Shown piece by piece: positions 30,913 through 38,664 of a DNA stretch of 64,000 nucleotides. The position numbers and the translations under genes were made by a program. The notes beneath the pieces were generated by a model. That model saw only the letters and a program-made list of their open reading frames with translations, was not told the DNA's origin and made no database searches. Each line of letters begins with the position of its first letter. Position 1 is the stretch's first letter. Origin of the DNA: an uncultured Clostridia bacterium (GTDB taxonomy: Bacteria; Bacillota; Clostridia; Christensenellales; DTU072). The DNA is taken from assembly GCA_946621465.1 (NCBI GenBank), contig CAMOOO010000001.1, positions 33,401 through 97,400 of the forward strand, in the 5' to 3' direction.

Positions 30913-32096
30913 CGGAAAAAAATATCCGGGATGCGGCGAACATTATTGCCGACGTCACCGGAAAAGGAACTTATTTGCATATTGCAATGAAAGGGGTATC
31001 GGATAAAGCGGTACATCTTTTAGTGTATGGCGTGATGGAAAAATACTATACCCTCAACTTTATTATCGACGAGCTATGCGAAAAGATTAAGAATAATTTG
31101 AGACCGTATATGCTTGTCGCACTCTACTGCGTACTTTATACGGATAAACCGGCAGGCATAGTGACGGGTATCGTTTGCGAAGCTCTTACAAAAGCAGGAA
31201 AGGGCGCGGTCAAAGGATTCTTTACTGCGGTAATAGCAAAAGCGGACCGCGCGGATTATTCTTTACCCGCTCCGGGGCAGAAAGGATACGAAGAAACGAA
31301 GTATAATCTACCTTCCTGGCTCATCGGAATGTATAAAAAAGAATATCCGAATAAGTACGGAGAGATTATAGAACGTTCTGAAAAGCACTTTACCCATATT
31401 GTTCCTTATTGCGAGGAATGGGAGGTTTTCTCCGCCGATCCCAATGCGGAGAAGACTAAGACGGGGTATTTTGTTAAAAACGATAAAGAAATAGGTAAGC
31501 TCTTTGCCGACGGAAAAGTGACCTATATGAGCCTCGGTTCCACCATGATTTGCGAGTCGGTAGGAGAGGTTAATGGAAAAAAGATACTGGACGCCTGCGC
31601 CGCTCCCGGAGGGAAAGCCGTATATCTGGCAAAAAAGGGCGGAGAAGTGATCGCTTGCGACATTCACCCCCATCGGATGAAACTGATAGAAAGCTATGCT
31701 AAGCGGATGAGAACAAAGATGACGGTCCTTTTGCAGGATGCTATGCAATTAAAGGAGGATTTTATCGATAGTTTCGACGTTGTTTTATGCGACGTTCCTT
31801 GTAGCGGACTGGGCGTAATCGATAAAAAAAGGGATATCGTTATCAATAAAAAATATGAGGATATACTTGCGCTAAGCGAGGCGCAGAAAAAGATACTGAA
31901 TAATTGCAGTTTATACGTTAAACCGGGTGGAACGCTGATATATTCCACCTGCACCGTTTTCTCCATAGAGAACGGTCAACAAACGGAGGCTTTTTTGCAG
32001 GCGCATAGTGACTATATTAAGGAAGATGAAGTGCAGTATTTGCCCGACGGAAAGGGTATGGAGGGGTTTTATTTATGCCGGATGAGAAAAAACTGA
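30909..32096 (+). CDS. rsmB: 16S rRNA m5C967 methyltransferase RsmB/Sun
   Basis: DACAAPGGK, DVPCSG, YSTCT; conserved position after fmt. Confidence 0.9.
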   Translation: MTEKNIRDAANIIADVTGKGTYLHIAMKGVSDKAVHLLVYGVMEKYYTLNFIIDELCEKIKNNLRPYMLVALYCVLYTDKPAGIVTGIVCEALTKAGKGAVKGFFTAVIAKADRADYSLPAPGQKGYEETKYNLPSWLIGMYKKEYPNKYGEIIERSEKHFTHIVPYCEEWEVFSADPNAEKTKTGYFVKNDKEIGKLFADGKVTYMSLGSTMICESVGEVNGKKILDACAAPGGKAVYLAKKGGEVIACDIHPHRMKLIESYAKRMRTKMTVLLQDAMQLKEDFIDSFDVVLCDVPCSGLGVIDKKRDIVINKKYEDILALSEAQKKILNNCSLYVKPGGTLIYSTCTVFSIENGQQTEAFLQAHSDYIKEDEVQYLPDGKGMEGFYLCRMRKN

Positions 32097-33130
32097 GCTT
32101 GCAGGATCTTTCCGAAAAGGAGCTTATGACCCTTCTTAGCGGCTATCCGACTTTCCGGGTCGGACAGGTATATCTTGCCGCCATGCAAAATAAAGAATAC
32201 GGGCAGATGACCAACCTGCCTAAGGATATCATTGCCTTTTTATCCGAGCGATATAACGACGTTGCCGTAAAGATACATAAGGTTTTTGAAGGGAAAGACG
32301 GAACGGAAAAATACCTCTTCCTTCTTGGGGACGGTAACATTATAGAAGGGGTGTTTATGCCCCATAATTACGGGAACACCCTTTGCGTCAGTACCCAGGT
32401 TGGGTGCCGGATGGGGTGTGCGTTCTGCGCGTCGACGTTGAACGGACTGGTGAGAAATTTGACCGCGGGAGAGATACTCGGACAGGTCCTTGCCGTGAAC
32501 GTCAGACAGGGCGGCACGCTGAAAAACAGAGCTGTCACCAACGTTGTATTGATGGGAAGCGGCGAGCCTCTTGATAACTATGACGAAGTCACTAAATTTC
32601 TTCAATTGATCTCTTATGAAAAAGGTATCAATATTTCGCTGAGGAACATTTCTTTGTCAACGTGCGGATTGGTAGACAAAATAAGGCTTCTTGCAGACAG
32701 CGGACTTACGGTGACGCTTACGATCAGTTTGCACGCGCCTACCGACGAGATCAGAGAAATAATTATGCCTGTTGACAAAAAGTATAAGATCGCCGAGGTG
32801 CTGGATGCAGCGAGGTACTATTTTGCCAAGACCGGTAGGAGAGTGCTTATTGAGTATTCTCTCATAGAGGGCGTAAACAGCTCGATTGGCGACGCGAAAA
32901 AACTTGCAAGATTATTGCACGGCTTTTCCTGCCACGTTAATTTAATCAACCTGAACAGGGTAGAAGAAAGGAAACTAAAAGGGGTAGATAAAGCGACCGT
33001 TGATGCTTTTATGCGGACGTTGACAGAGTGTGGGATCAGTAACACATTGCGTCGGTCGATGGGAAATGATATCGGCGGAGCTTGCGGACAACTCAGAAGG
33101 AAGCATATCGGGGAGGAAGGGACAAATTAA
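32075..33130 (+). CDS. rlmN: 23S rRNA A2503/tRNA A37 radical-SAM methyltransferase
   Basis: CVSTQVGCRMGCAFCAS, MGSGEP, SLHA, GACGQL. Confidence 0.96.
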   Translation: MPDEKKLSLQDLSEKELMTLLSGYPTFRVGQVYLAAMQNKEYGQMTNLPKDIIAFLSERYNDVAVKIHKVFEGKDGTEKYLFLLGDGNIIEGVFMPHNYGNTLCVSTQVGCRMGCAFCASTLNGLVRNLTAGEILGQVLAVNVRQGGTLKNRAVTNVVLMGSGEPLDNYDEVTKFLQLISYEKGINISLRNISLSTCGLVDKIRLLADSGLTVTLTISLHAPTDEIREIIMPVDKKYKIAEVLDAARYYFAKTGRRVLIEYSLIEGVNSSIGDAKKLARLLHGFSCHVNLINLNRVEERKLKGVDKATVDAFMRTLTECGISNTLRRSMGNDIGGACGQLRRKHIGEEGTN

Positions 33131-33974
33131 AGGCATCGTAACAAAGGCTGTGGCAGGATCTTTTATCGTTAAGACGGAAGAAGATACGCTGGTATGCACA
33201 GCCCGTGGTAAAATAAAAAAGAACGGGGAGATATTCGTCGGGGATCAGGTAGAAGTAACGGATAACGTTATCGAATCGGTATATCCGAGAAAAAACGTCC
33301 TCATTCGTCCGTACGTTGCTAATATTGACGTTCTTTTTATCGTCATTGCGCCGGTGCCGGAACCGGATTGGGTTTTAGTGGAGAAATTACTCCTTAATTG
33401 CCGGCAAGAAGGTATCCCGGTTGCGATCATCTATAATAAATGCGATCTGGGGAAGGAAGATGAGATTAAGGGACTCCTCACTCCCTACCGACGGGATGCC
33501 GACACTTTTGTTGTCAGCACAAAAAAGAAGATCGGCATGGACGAACTTGCAGCCTACATCGTCGGCAAAACCGTATGCTTTGCCGGGCAAAGCGCCGTCG
33601 GCAAGACATCGCTCGTCGCCACGCTCGGAGGCAAGAGGTTAGAAGTAGGCGAACTGAGTAAAAGGATAGCGCGCGGCAAGAACACCACGCGAGCGGTGGA
33701 GATATATGATTTTGCCGGTGGAAGATTGGTGGATACGTGCGGCTTTTCGGTAGCGGAAAGCATTGATATAAAACCGGAAGAACTGATCTACTATTACGAG
33801 GACTTTTTGAAAGTGCAAAACGAATGCAAATTCAGCAATTGCCGGCACATAAACGAACCGGGATGCGCGGTCAAAAAAATGCTCGAGGAAGGGAGCTTTG
33901 ATAAAGACAGGTATACGCGGTACGTCAAGCTATATAACGAACTCACGGAAAGGAGGAAAAAACTCTATGTATAA
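33126..33974 (+). CDS. rsgA: Ribosome small-subunit-dependent GTPase A (start uncertain: ATT at 33126 or ATG at 33066)
   Basis: NKCD, GQSAVGKTS, GKNTTR, DTCG, CKFSNCRHINEPGCAV; GGAGG 9 nt before the in-frame ATT. Confidence 0.92.
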   Translation: MKGIVTKAVAGSFIVKTEEDTLVCTARGKIKKNGEIFVGDQVEVTDNVIESVYPRKNVLIRPYVANIDVLFIVIAPVPEPDWVLVEKLLLNCRQEGIPVAIIYNKCDLGKEDEIKGLLTPYRRDADTFVVSTKKKIGMDELAAYIVGKTVCFAGQSAVGKTSLVATLGGKRLEVGELSKRIARGKNTTRAVEIYDFAGGRLVDTCGFSVAESIDIKPEELIYYYEDFLKVQNECKFSNCRHINEPGCAVKKMLEEGSFDKDRYTRYVKLYNELTERRKKLYV

Positions 33975-34620
33975 CGGTATTTTAGTCGCCCCGTCCATTC
34001 TCAGCGGAGATTTCTGCAATATGGAAAGATCGGTAAAAGATTTGGAAAAATGGGGAGGAGACTGGGTTCACTGCGACGTTATGGACGGCGTTTACGTGCC
34101 TAATTTAACGTTCGGAATGCCCATGATTTCCGCAATCAGAAAAATCACCGATAAAACGCTGGACGTTCATCTCATGATAACCAAGCCGGAAAAATACGTT
34201 GAACGCTTTGCCGACGCCGGAGCGGATATTATTACCTTCCATCCGGACGCCTCGTCCGATCCGTCGGCTTGTATTGACCTAATTAAGGCAAAAGGGAAAA
34301 AGGCGGGTATCGTTTTTAATCCGGACGTTTCCATTGAGAAGTACGCATATCTGTTTGACCGTTGCGATATGATCGTAATTATGACCGTATTTGCCGGCTA
34401 CGGCGGACAAAAGCTGATACCGGAATGTATCGACAGAATAAAGCAAATCAGGGAATTGACCGGGGGCAGAGTGTCTCTGGAAGTGGATGGCGGAATTAAC
34501 GCGCAGAACGCATCCATTGTGATCGACGCCGGAGCAAGTATTATCGTTGCAGGGAGCGCGGTATTCAATGCCGCGGACCCAGCCGACGTTATCGGGAAAA
34601 TAAAAACCTGCACTAAGTAA
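33967..34620 (+). CDS. rpe: Ribulose-phosphate 3-epimerase
   Basis: APSILS, HCDVMDG, DVHLM, EVDGG, AGSAVF. Confidence 0.97.
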   Translation: MYNGILVAPSILSGDFCNMERSVKDLEKWGGDWVHCDVMDGVYVPNLTFGMPMISAIRKITDKTLDVHLMITKPEKYVERFADAGADIITFHPDASSDPSACIDLIKAKGKKAGIVFNPDVSIEKYAYLFDRCDMIVIMTVFAGYGGQKLIPECIDRIKQIRELTGGRVSLEVDGGINAQNASIVIDAGASIIVAGSAVFNAADPADVIGKIKTCTK

Positions 34621-34661
34621 ACGCTTTCTTCATATAATGGCTCATAAAAAGGAGCCGGTTT

Positions 34662-34733
34662 ATGAGAATTATATGTATTACTTGTCCAAAGATCATTAAA
34701 CGAATAATCCGTTATTTTAACGGAAAAGGATAA
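34662..34733 (+). CDS. spoVM: SpoVM-like amphipathic sporulation peptide (23 aa, not in the ORF track)
   Basis: MRIICITCPKIIKRIIRYFNGKG with the conserved Pro9-Lys10; AAGGAG RBS; usual locus just downstream of rpe; CATATAAT upstream. Confidence 0.75.
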   Translation: MRIICITCPKIIKRIIRYFNGKG

Positions 34734-34740
34734 AAAAGGA

Positions 34741-35376
34741 ATGTTTACAAAAGAAGAAACGAACGATATTTTATCGCTACTGAGAAAGATGCACCCGAAC
34801 GCCGGGTGCGAGCTGAATTATATGTCGGTATACGAATTACTCGTAGCCGTTATTCTCAGCGCTCAGTGTACGGATAAACGGGTCAATGAAGTTACGGAGA
34901 AACTGTTTAAAGTCTACAATACTCCCGAACAGATCGCTCGTTTAACCATTGAGGACCTTAAACCGTACATTTTCAGTTGTGGTTTTTATAACAACAAAGG
35001 GAATAATATTATCGCCATGAGTAAAGTATTGGTGGAAAAATACGGTGGCGAAGTTCCGCGTGATTTTGACAAATTGGTGGAATTGCCCGGCGTAGGAAGA
35101 AAGACGGCAAGCGTAGTTATGTGCGTTGGGTTCGACGAGCCGGCAATGCCCGTTGACACGCACGTAAATAGGGTGGCAAAACGGATAGGACTCTCCGACG
35201 GAAAGGACGTTGAGAAGGTAGAGGAAGACCTCAGAAACTCCTTCGCGCCCGAAAACTGGAATGCACTGCACCACAGCATGATTTTCCACGGACGGTATAT
35301 CTGTCACAGTCGTAAGCCCGATTGCGACGCCTGTTTGCTACAAGAGAAATGTAAGTACTATAAAGAGATACAGTAA
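34741..35376 (+). CDS. nth: Endonuclease III
   Basis: LSAQCTD, LPGVGRKTA, VDTHV, C-terminal 4Fe-4S cysteine cluster. Confidence 0.97.
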   Translation: MFTKEETNDILSLLRKMHPNAGCELNYMSVYELLVAVILSAQCTDKRVNEVTEKLFKVYNTPEQIARLTIEDLKPYIFSCGFYNNKGNNIIAMSKVLVEKYGGEVPRDFDKLVELPGVGRKTASVVMCVGFDEPAMPVDTHVNRVAKRIGLSDGKDVEKVEEDLRNSFAPENWNALHHSMIFHGRYICHSRKPDCDACLLQEKCKYYKEIQ

Positions 35377-35387
35377 GGAGAAAAGAA

Positions 35388-36644
35388 GTGTTTTTAGACG
35401 AAGTAATCATATATTGTAAAGCCGGGAACGGCGGTGACGGTTGCGTTGGATTTCACCGCGAAAAGTACGTCAATAAAGGCGGACCGGACGGCGGTGACGG
35501 TGGGAGAGGTGGCAATATATACGTGCAAGCCGATCCCGGAATGACTACGCTGATTGATTTCAGATACAGACAGCATTACCGCGCCGAGAACGGACAACCG
35601 GGCGCAGGTAAAAATATGTTCGGACCGAAAGGAGCGGATATGGTTATTAAAGTTCCTCGCGGTACGGTCATTTCCGATGCCGAAACGGGAGGAATCCTCG
35701 CAGACGTTTTCGAGCCGGACCAGAAGATACTATTACTTGCCGGCGGCAGAGGCGGCAGAGGAAACGCTCGCTTCGCAACCCCTATTAAACGCTCGCCCGC
35801 TTTTGCGGAAAACGGCGAAAAGACGGTGGAAAGAAAGCTCAAGCTGGAATTAAAGACAATTGCAGATGTTGGCCTCGTTGGGTTCCCAAACGCAGGGAAA
35901 AGTACCCTTCTCAGCGTGATTAGCGCAGCAAGACCCAAAATCGCCGACTATCCGTTTACGACGCTCTCGCCCAATCTCGGAGTCGTTAAGCACTACGACG
36001 GTAGCTTTGTTGTCGCCGATATTCCGGGGCTTATCGAGGGCGCTTCGGACGGACTGGGGCTGGGACATAAATTTCTCAGACACGTCGAAAGGGTGCGGCT
36101 CATCGTCCACGTAATCGATATTGCCGGTTGTGACGGAAGAGATCCGATTTCTGATTATGATGTAATCAGAAAGGAATTGCAACAATACAATACCAGACTG
36201 TACGAACTTCCGGAAATCGTCGTTGCCAATAAATGCGATCTATTATCGGATGAGGGGGTCCTCACCGCGCTGCAAGAGAAAGTCGGTTGCAAAGTGTATC
36301 CCATCAGCGCGGTCACGCGCAAGGGCGTTAAAGAGGTGTTGGATGCGGTCGCAAATACATTAAAGGAATTACCGCCGCTGGCTCCCTTGGAGTTTACTAA
36401 ATTCGAGTATGAAGAAACGGATAAAGACAGCGTCGTTATCGAAAGACACGACGGAGCCTTTTACGTCACCGGCGGATACGTCGAGGAACTGGCCAGAAAA
36501 GCCTATCTCGACGACAACGACAGCTTTAACTGGTTCCAGAAAAAGATGCGTGAACGGGGCATTATCGATATGCTTCGGGCGCAGGGAGCTAAGGACGGAG
36601 ATACCATTTGCGTACTCGACCTAGCTTTTACGTTTATGGATTGA
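35388..36644 (+). CDS. obgE: GTPase ObgE/CgtA
   Basis: GGPDGGDGGRGG, GFPNAGKST, YPFTT, DIPG, NKCD. Confidence 0.98.
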   Translation: MFLDEVIIYCKAGNGGDGCVGFHREKYVNKGGPDGGDGGRGGNIYVQADPGMTTLIDFRYRQHYRAENGQPGAGKNMFGPKGADMVIKVPRGTVISDAETGGILADVFEPDQKILLLAGGRGGRGNARFATPIKRSPAFAENGEKTVERKLKLELKTIADVGLVGFPNAGKSTLLSVISAARPKIADYPFTTLSPNLGVVKHYDGSFVVADIPGLIEGASDGLGLGHKFLRHVERVRLIVHVIDIAGCDGRDPISDYDVIRKELQQYNTRLYELPEIVVANKCDLLSDEGVLTALQEKVGCKVYPISAVTRKGVKEVLDAVANTLKELPPLAPLEFTKFEYEETDKDSVVIERHDGAFYVTGGYVEELARKAYLDDNDSFNWFQKKMRERGIIDMLRAQGAKDGDTICVLDLAFTFMD

Positions 36645-36658
36645 CGGAATAGGCAATA

Positions 36659-36687
36659 TTGACAACAAAGAACTTATACTATAAAAT
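36659..36687 (+). promoter_or_regulatory. sigmaA promoter
   Basis: TTGACA-17 nt-TAAAAT. Confidence 0.75.
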
Positions 36688-36699
36688 AGCAAATAAAGG

Positions 36700-37554
36700 A
36701 TGGTGAAAATGACAAAGACAACCTTGGTGGTTCTGGCTGCCGGCATGGGCAGCCGCTTCGGAGGAACCAAACAGATTGCACCCTTAGGCCCCAATGGGGA
36801 GATTTTGATCGAATTTTCCATTTTCGACGCCGTAAAAGCAGGCTTTGACAAAGTGGTTATGATCATTAAAAAAGAAAACGAAGAGGATATCAAAAATATC
36901 TTTGCAAAAAGAATTGATAAATTGGTTTCCGTTGAATACGTTTATCAGGAACTAACTTCTCTTCCCGATAATTTCGTTTTACCGAAAGGCAGGACGAAGC
37001 CATGGGGAACGGCGCACGCCGTACTTTGCTGCAAAGACCGGGTCGATACTCCCTTTGGAATTATCAATGCCGATGATTTTTACGGCTACGAGTCCTTCAA
37101 ACTTTTGCACGATCACCTAGTTTCCTCGACGGAAATGTGTAACGTCGGATTCCGGTTAGGCGCTACCTTAACCGACAACGGCTCCGTGTCACGCGGAATA
37201 TGCAGCACGGAGGATGGCTATTTAACCGACGTTACGGAAATCAGAGCTATCACAAAGAATAGCGGTATACCGCTCGACTCCATTTGCTCAATGAATATGT
37301 GGGGAATGTTCCCGTCGATTTTCCCTATTTTGGAAGAGGAATTCCGCTCTTTCTATCTCAGCATGAACGATCCGCAAAAAGATGAATGCTATCTTCCTAC
37401 TGTTATTGATACGTTGATTAGAGAAAGAGGAGAAAAGGTAAAATTGATTCCTACAACGGCGGAATGGTTCGGCGTAACTTACCAGGCAGACGCCCCTCTT
37501 GTTAAAAGGAAATTGCTTGAACTTGTAGAAAAAGGGATGTACAAAGGGTTATAA
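36700..37554 (+). CDS. Sugar-phosphate nucleotidyltransferase
   Basis: LAAGMGSRFGG, KPWGTAHA, INADDFYG, WFGVTY. Confidence 0.9.
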   Translation: MVKMTKTTLVVLAAGMGSRFGGTKQIAPLGPNGEILIEFSIFDAVKAGFDKVVMIIKKENEEDIKNIFAKRIDKLVSVEYVYQELTSLPDNFVLPKGRTKPWGTAHAVLCCKDRVDTPFGIINADDFYGYESFKLLHDHLVSSTEMCNVGFRLGATLTDNGSVSRGICSTEDGYLTDVTEIRAITKNSGIPLDSICSMNMWGMFPSIFPILEEEFRSFYLSMNDPQKDECYLPTVIDTLIRERGEKVKLIPTTAEWFGVTYQADAPLVKRKLLELVEKGMYKGL

Positions 37555-37556
37555 AA

Positions 37557-38660
37557 ATGAAAGAACAGATTCAAAAAGTATTTGATAAATTCGAAGTAAA
37601 AAGCGGAACGGTCACAGACGTCGTTCAATGTCACAACGGACATATCAGTCGGACTTTTTTTGTAACGGTAAAAAGCCCGGATTCTACGGACAGATACGTT
37701 ATGCAGGAAGTAAACGAATACGTTTTCCCCAATATGGATATTCTTATGCAGAACGTTATTTCCGTAACCGATTTTCTGTACAATAAGGCGCTGGAACGGG
37801 GAGACGACCCGTCGAGAACGACGCTGCATTTCCATAAGACAAAGGACGGAAAACCATATTGCAGAGCGGAAGATGGAAAACCGTGGAGAATATACGACTT
37901 TATCGACGGTGCCAATACCTATAATAGTTGCCCAAGCGACGAGTTCTTTACCGAGGTCGGCCGCTCGTTCGGTAGTTTTGCAAGAGACCTGGCGGACTTT
38001 GATGCAACAAAACTCGGAGAGGTTATTCCCGATTTTCATAACACACTATCCAGATATGATAAGTTTATTGCGTCCATGCAAAAAGATGCCGCCGGAAGAA
38101 AGAAAGGTGTAAAAGATGAGATTGAGTTTGTAAAGGCAAGAAAGGATCTTTGCGCCAAAATCGTTACTATGATCGGGGAAGGCAAGATTCCTCTACGCGT
38201 CACGCACAACGATACGAAATTGAACAATATTTTGATAGACGATCGGACGCAAAAAGGGATTTGTATAATAGACCTTGATACCATTATGCCGGGATCGGTA
38301 CTGTATGATTTCGGCGATGCCATCCGCTTTGGTGCCTCTACTGCGGCGGAAGATGAGACTGACCTTACAAAAGTGACGATGGACTTAAAGAAGTTCTCCG
38401 CTTTTTCAAAAGGATACGTAGGACAGCTGAAAGGCTTTATTTGCGACGAGGAAATCAAGTTGTTGCCCCTTGGCGCGATCGTTATTACGTTGGAAACGGG
38501 AATACGCTTTTTGACCGATTATCTCGATGGCGATAAATATTTCCATATTAGCTACGAAAATCATAATTTAGATCGGGCAAGGAACCAATTTAAATTGGTC
38601 AGGGATATGGAAGAAAAACTACCTGAAATGGAGAGGATCATTCATACATATATGAGGTAA
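37557..38660 (+). CDS. APH-fold sugar kinase (N-acetylhexosamine 1-kinase-like)
   Basis: GHI, IPDFH, RVTHNDTKLNN, IDLDT, DFGD, RFLTDYL; paired with a nucleotidyltransferase. Confidence 0.85.
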   Translation: MKEQIQKVFDKFEVKSGTVTDVVQCHNGHISRTFFVTVKSPDSTDRYVMQEVNEYVFPNMDILMQNVISVTDFLYNKALERGDDPSRTTLHFHKTKDGKPYCRAEDGKPWRIYDFIDGANTYNSCPSDEFFTEVGRSFGSFARDLADFDATKLGEVIPDFHNTLSRYDKFIASMQKDAAGRKKGVKDEIEFVKARKDLCAKIVTMIGEGKIPLRVTHNDTKLNNILIDDRTQKGICIIDLDTIMPGSVLYDFGDAIRFGASTAAEDETDLTKVTMDLKKFSAFSKGYVGQLKGFICDEEIKLLPLGAIVITLETGIRFLTDYLDGDKYFHISYENHNLDRARNQFKLVRDMEEKLPEMERIIHTYMR

Positions 38661-38664
38661 ACCA

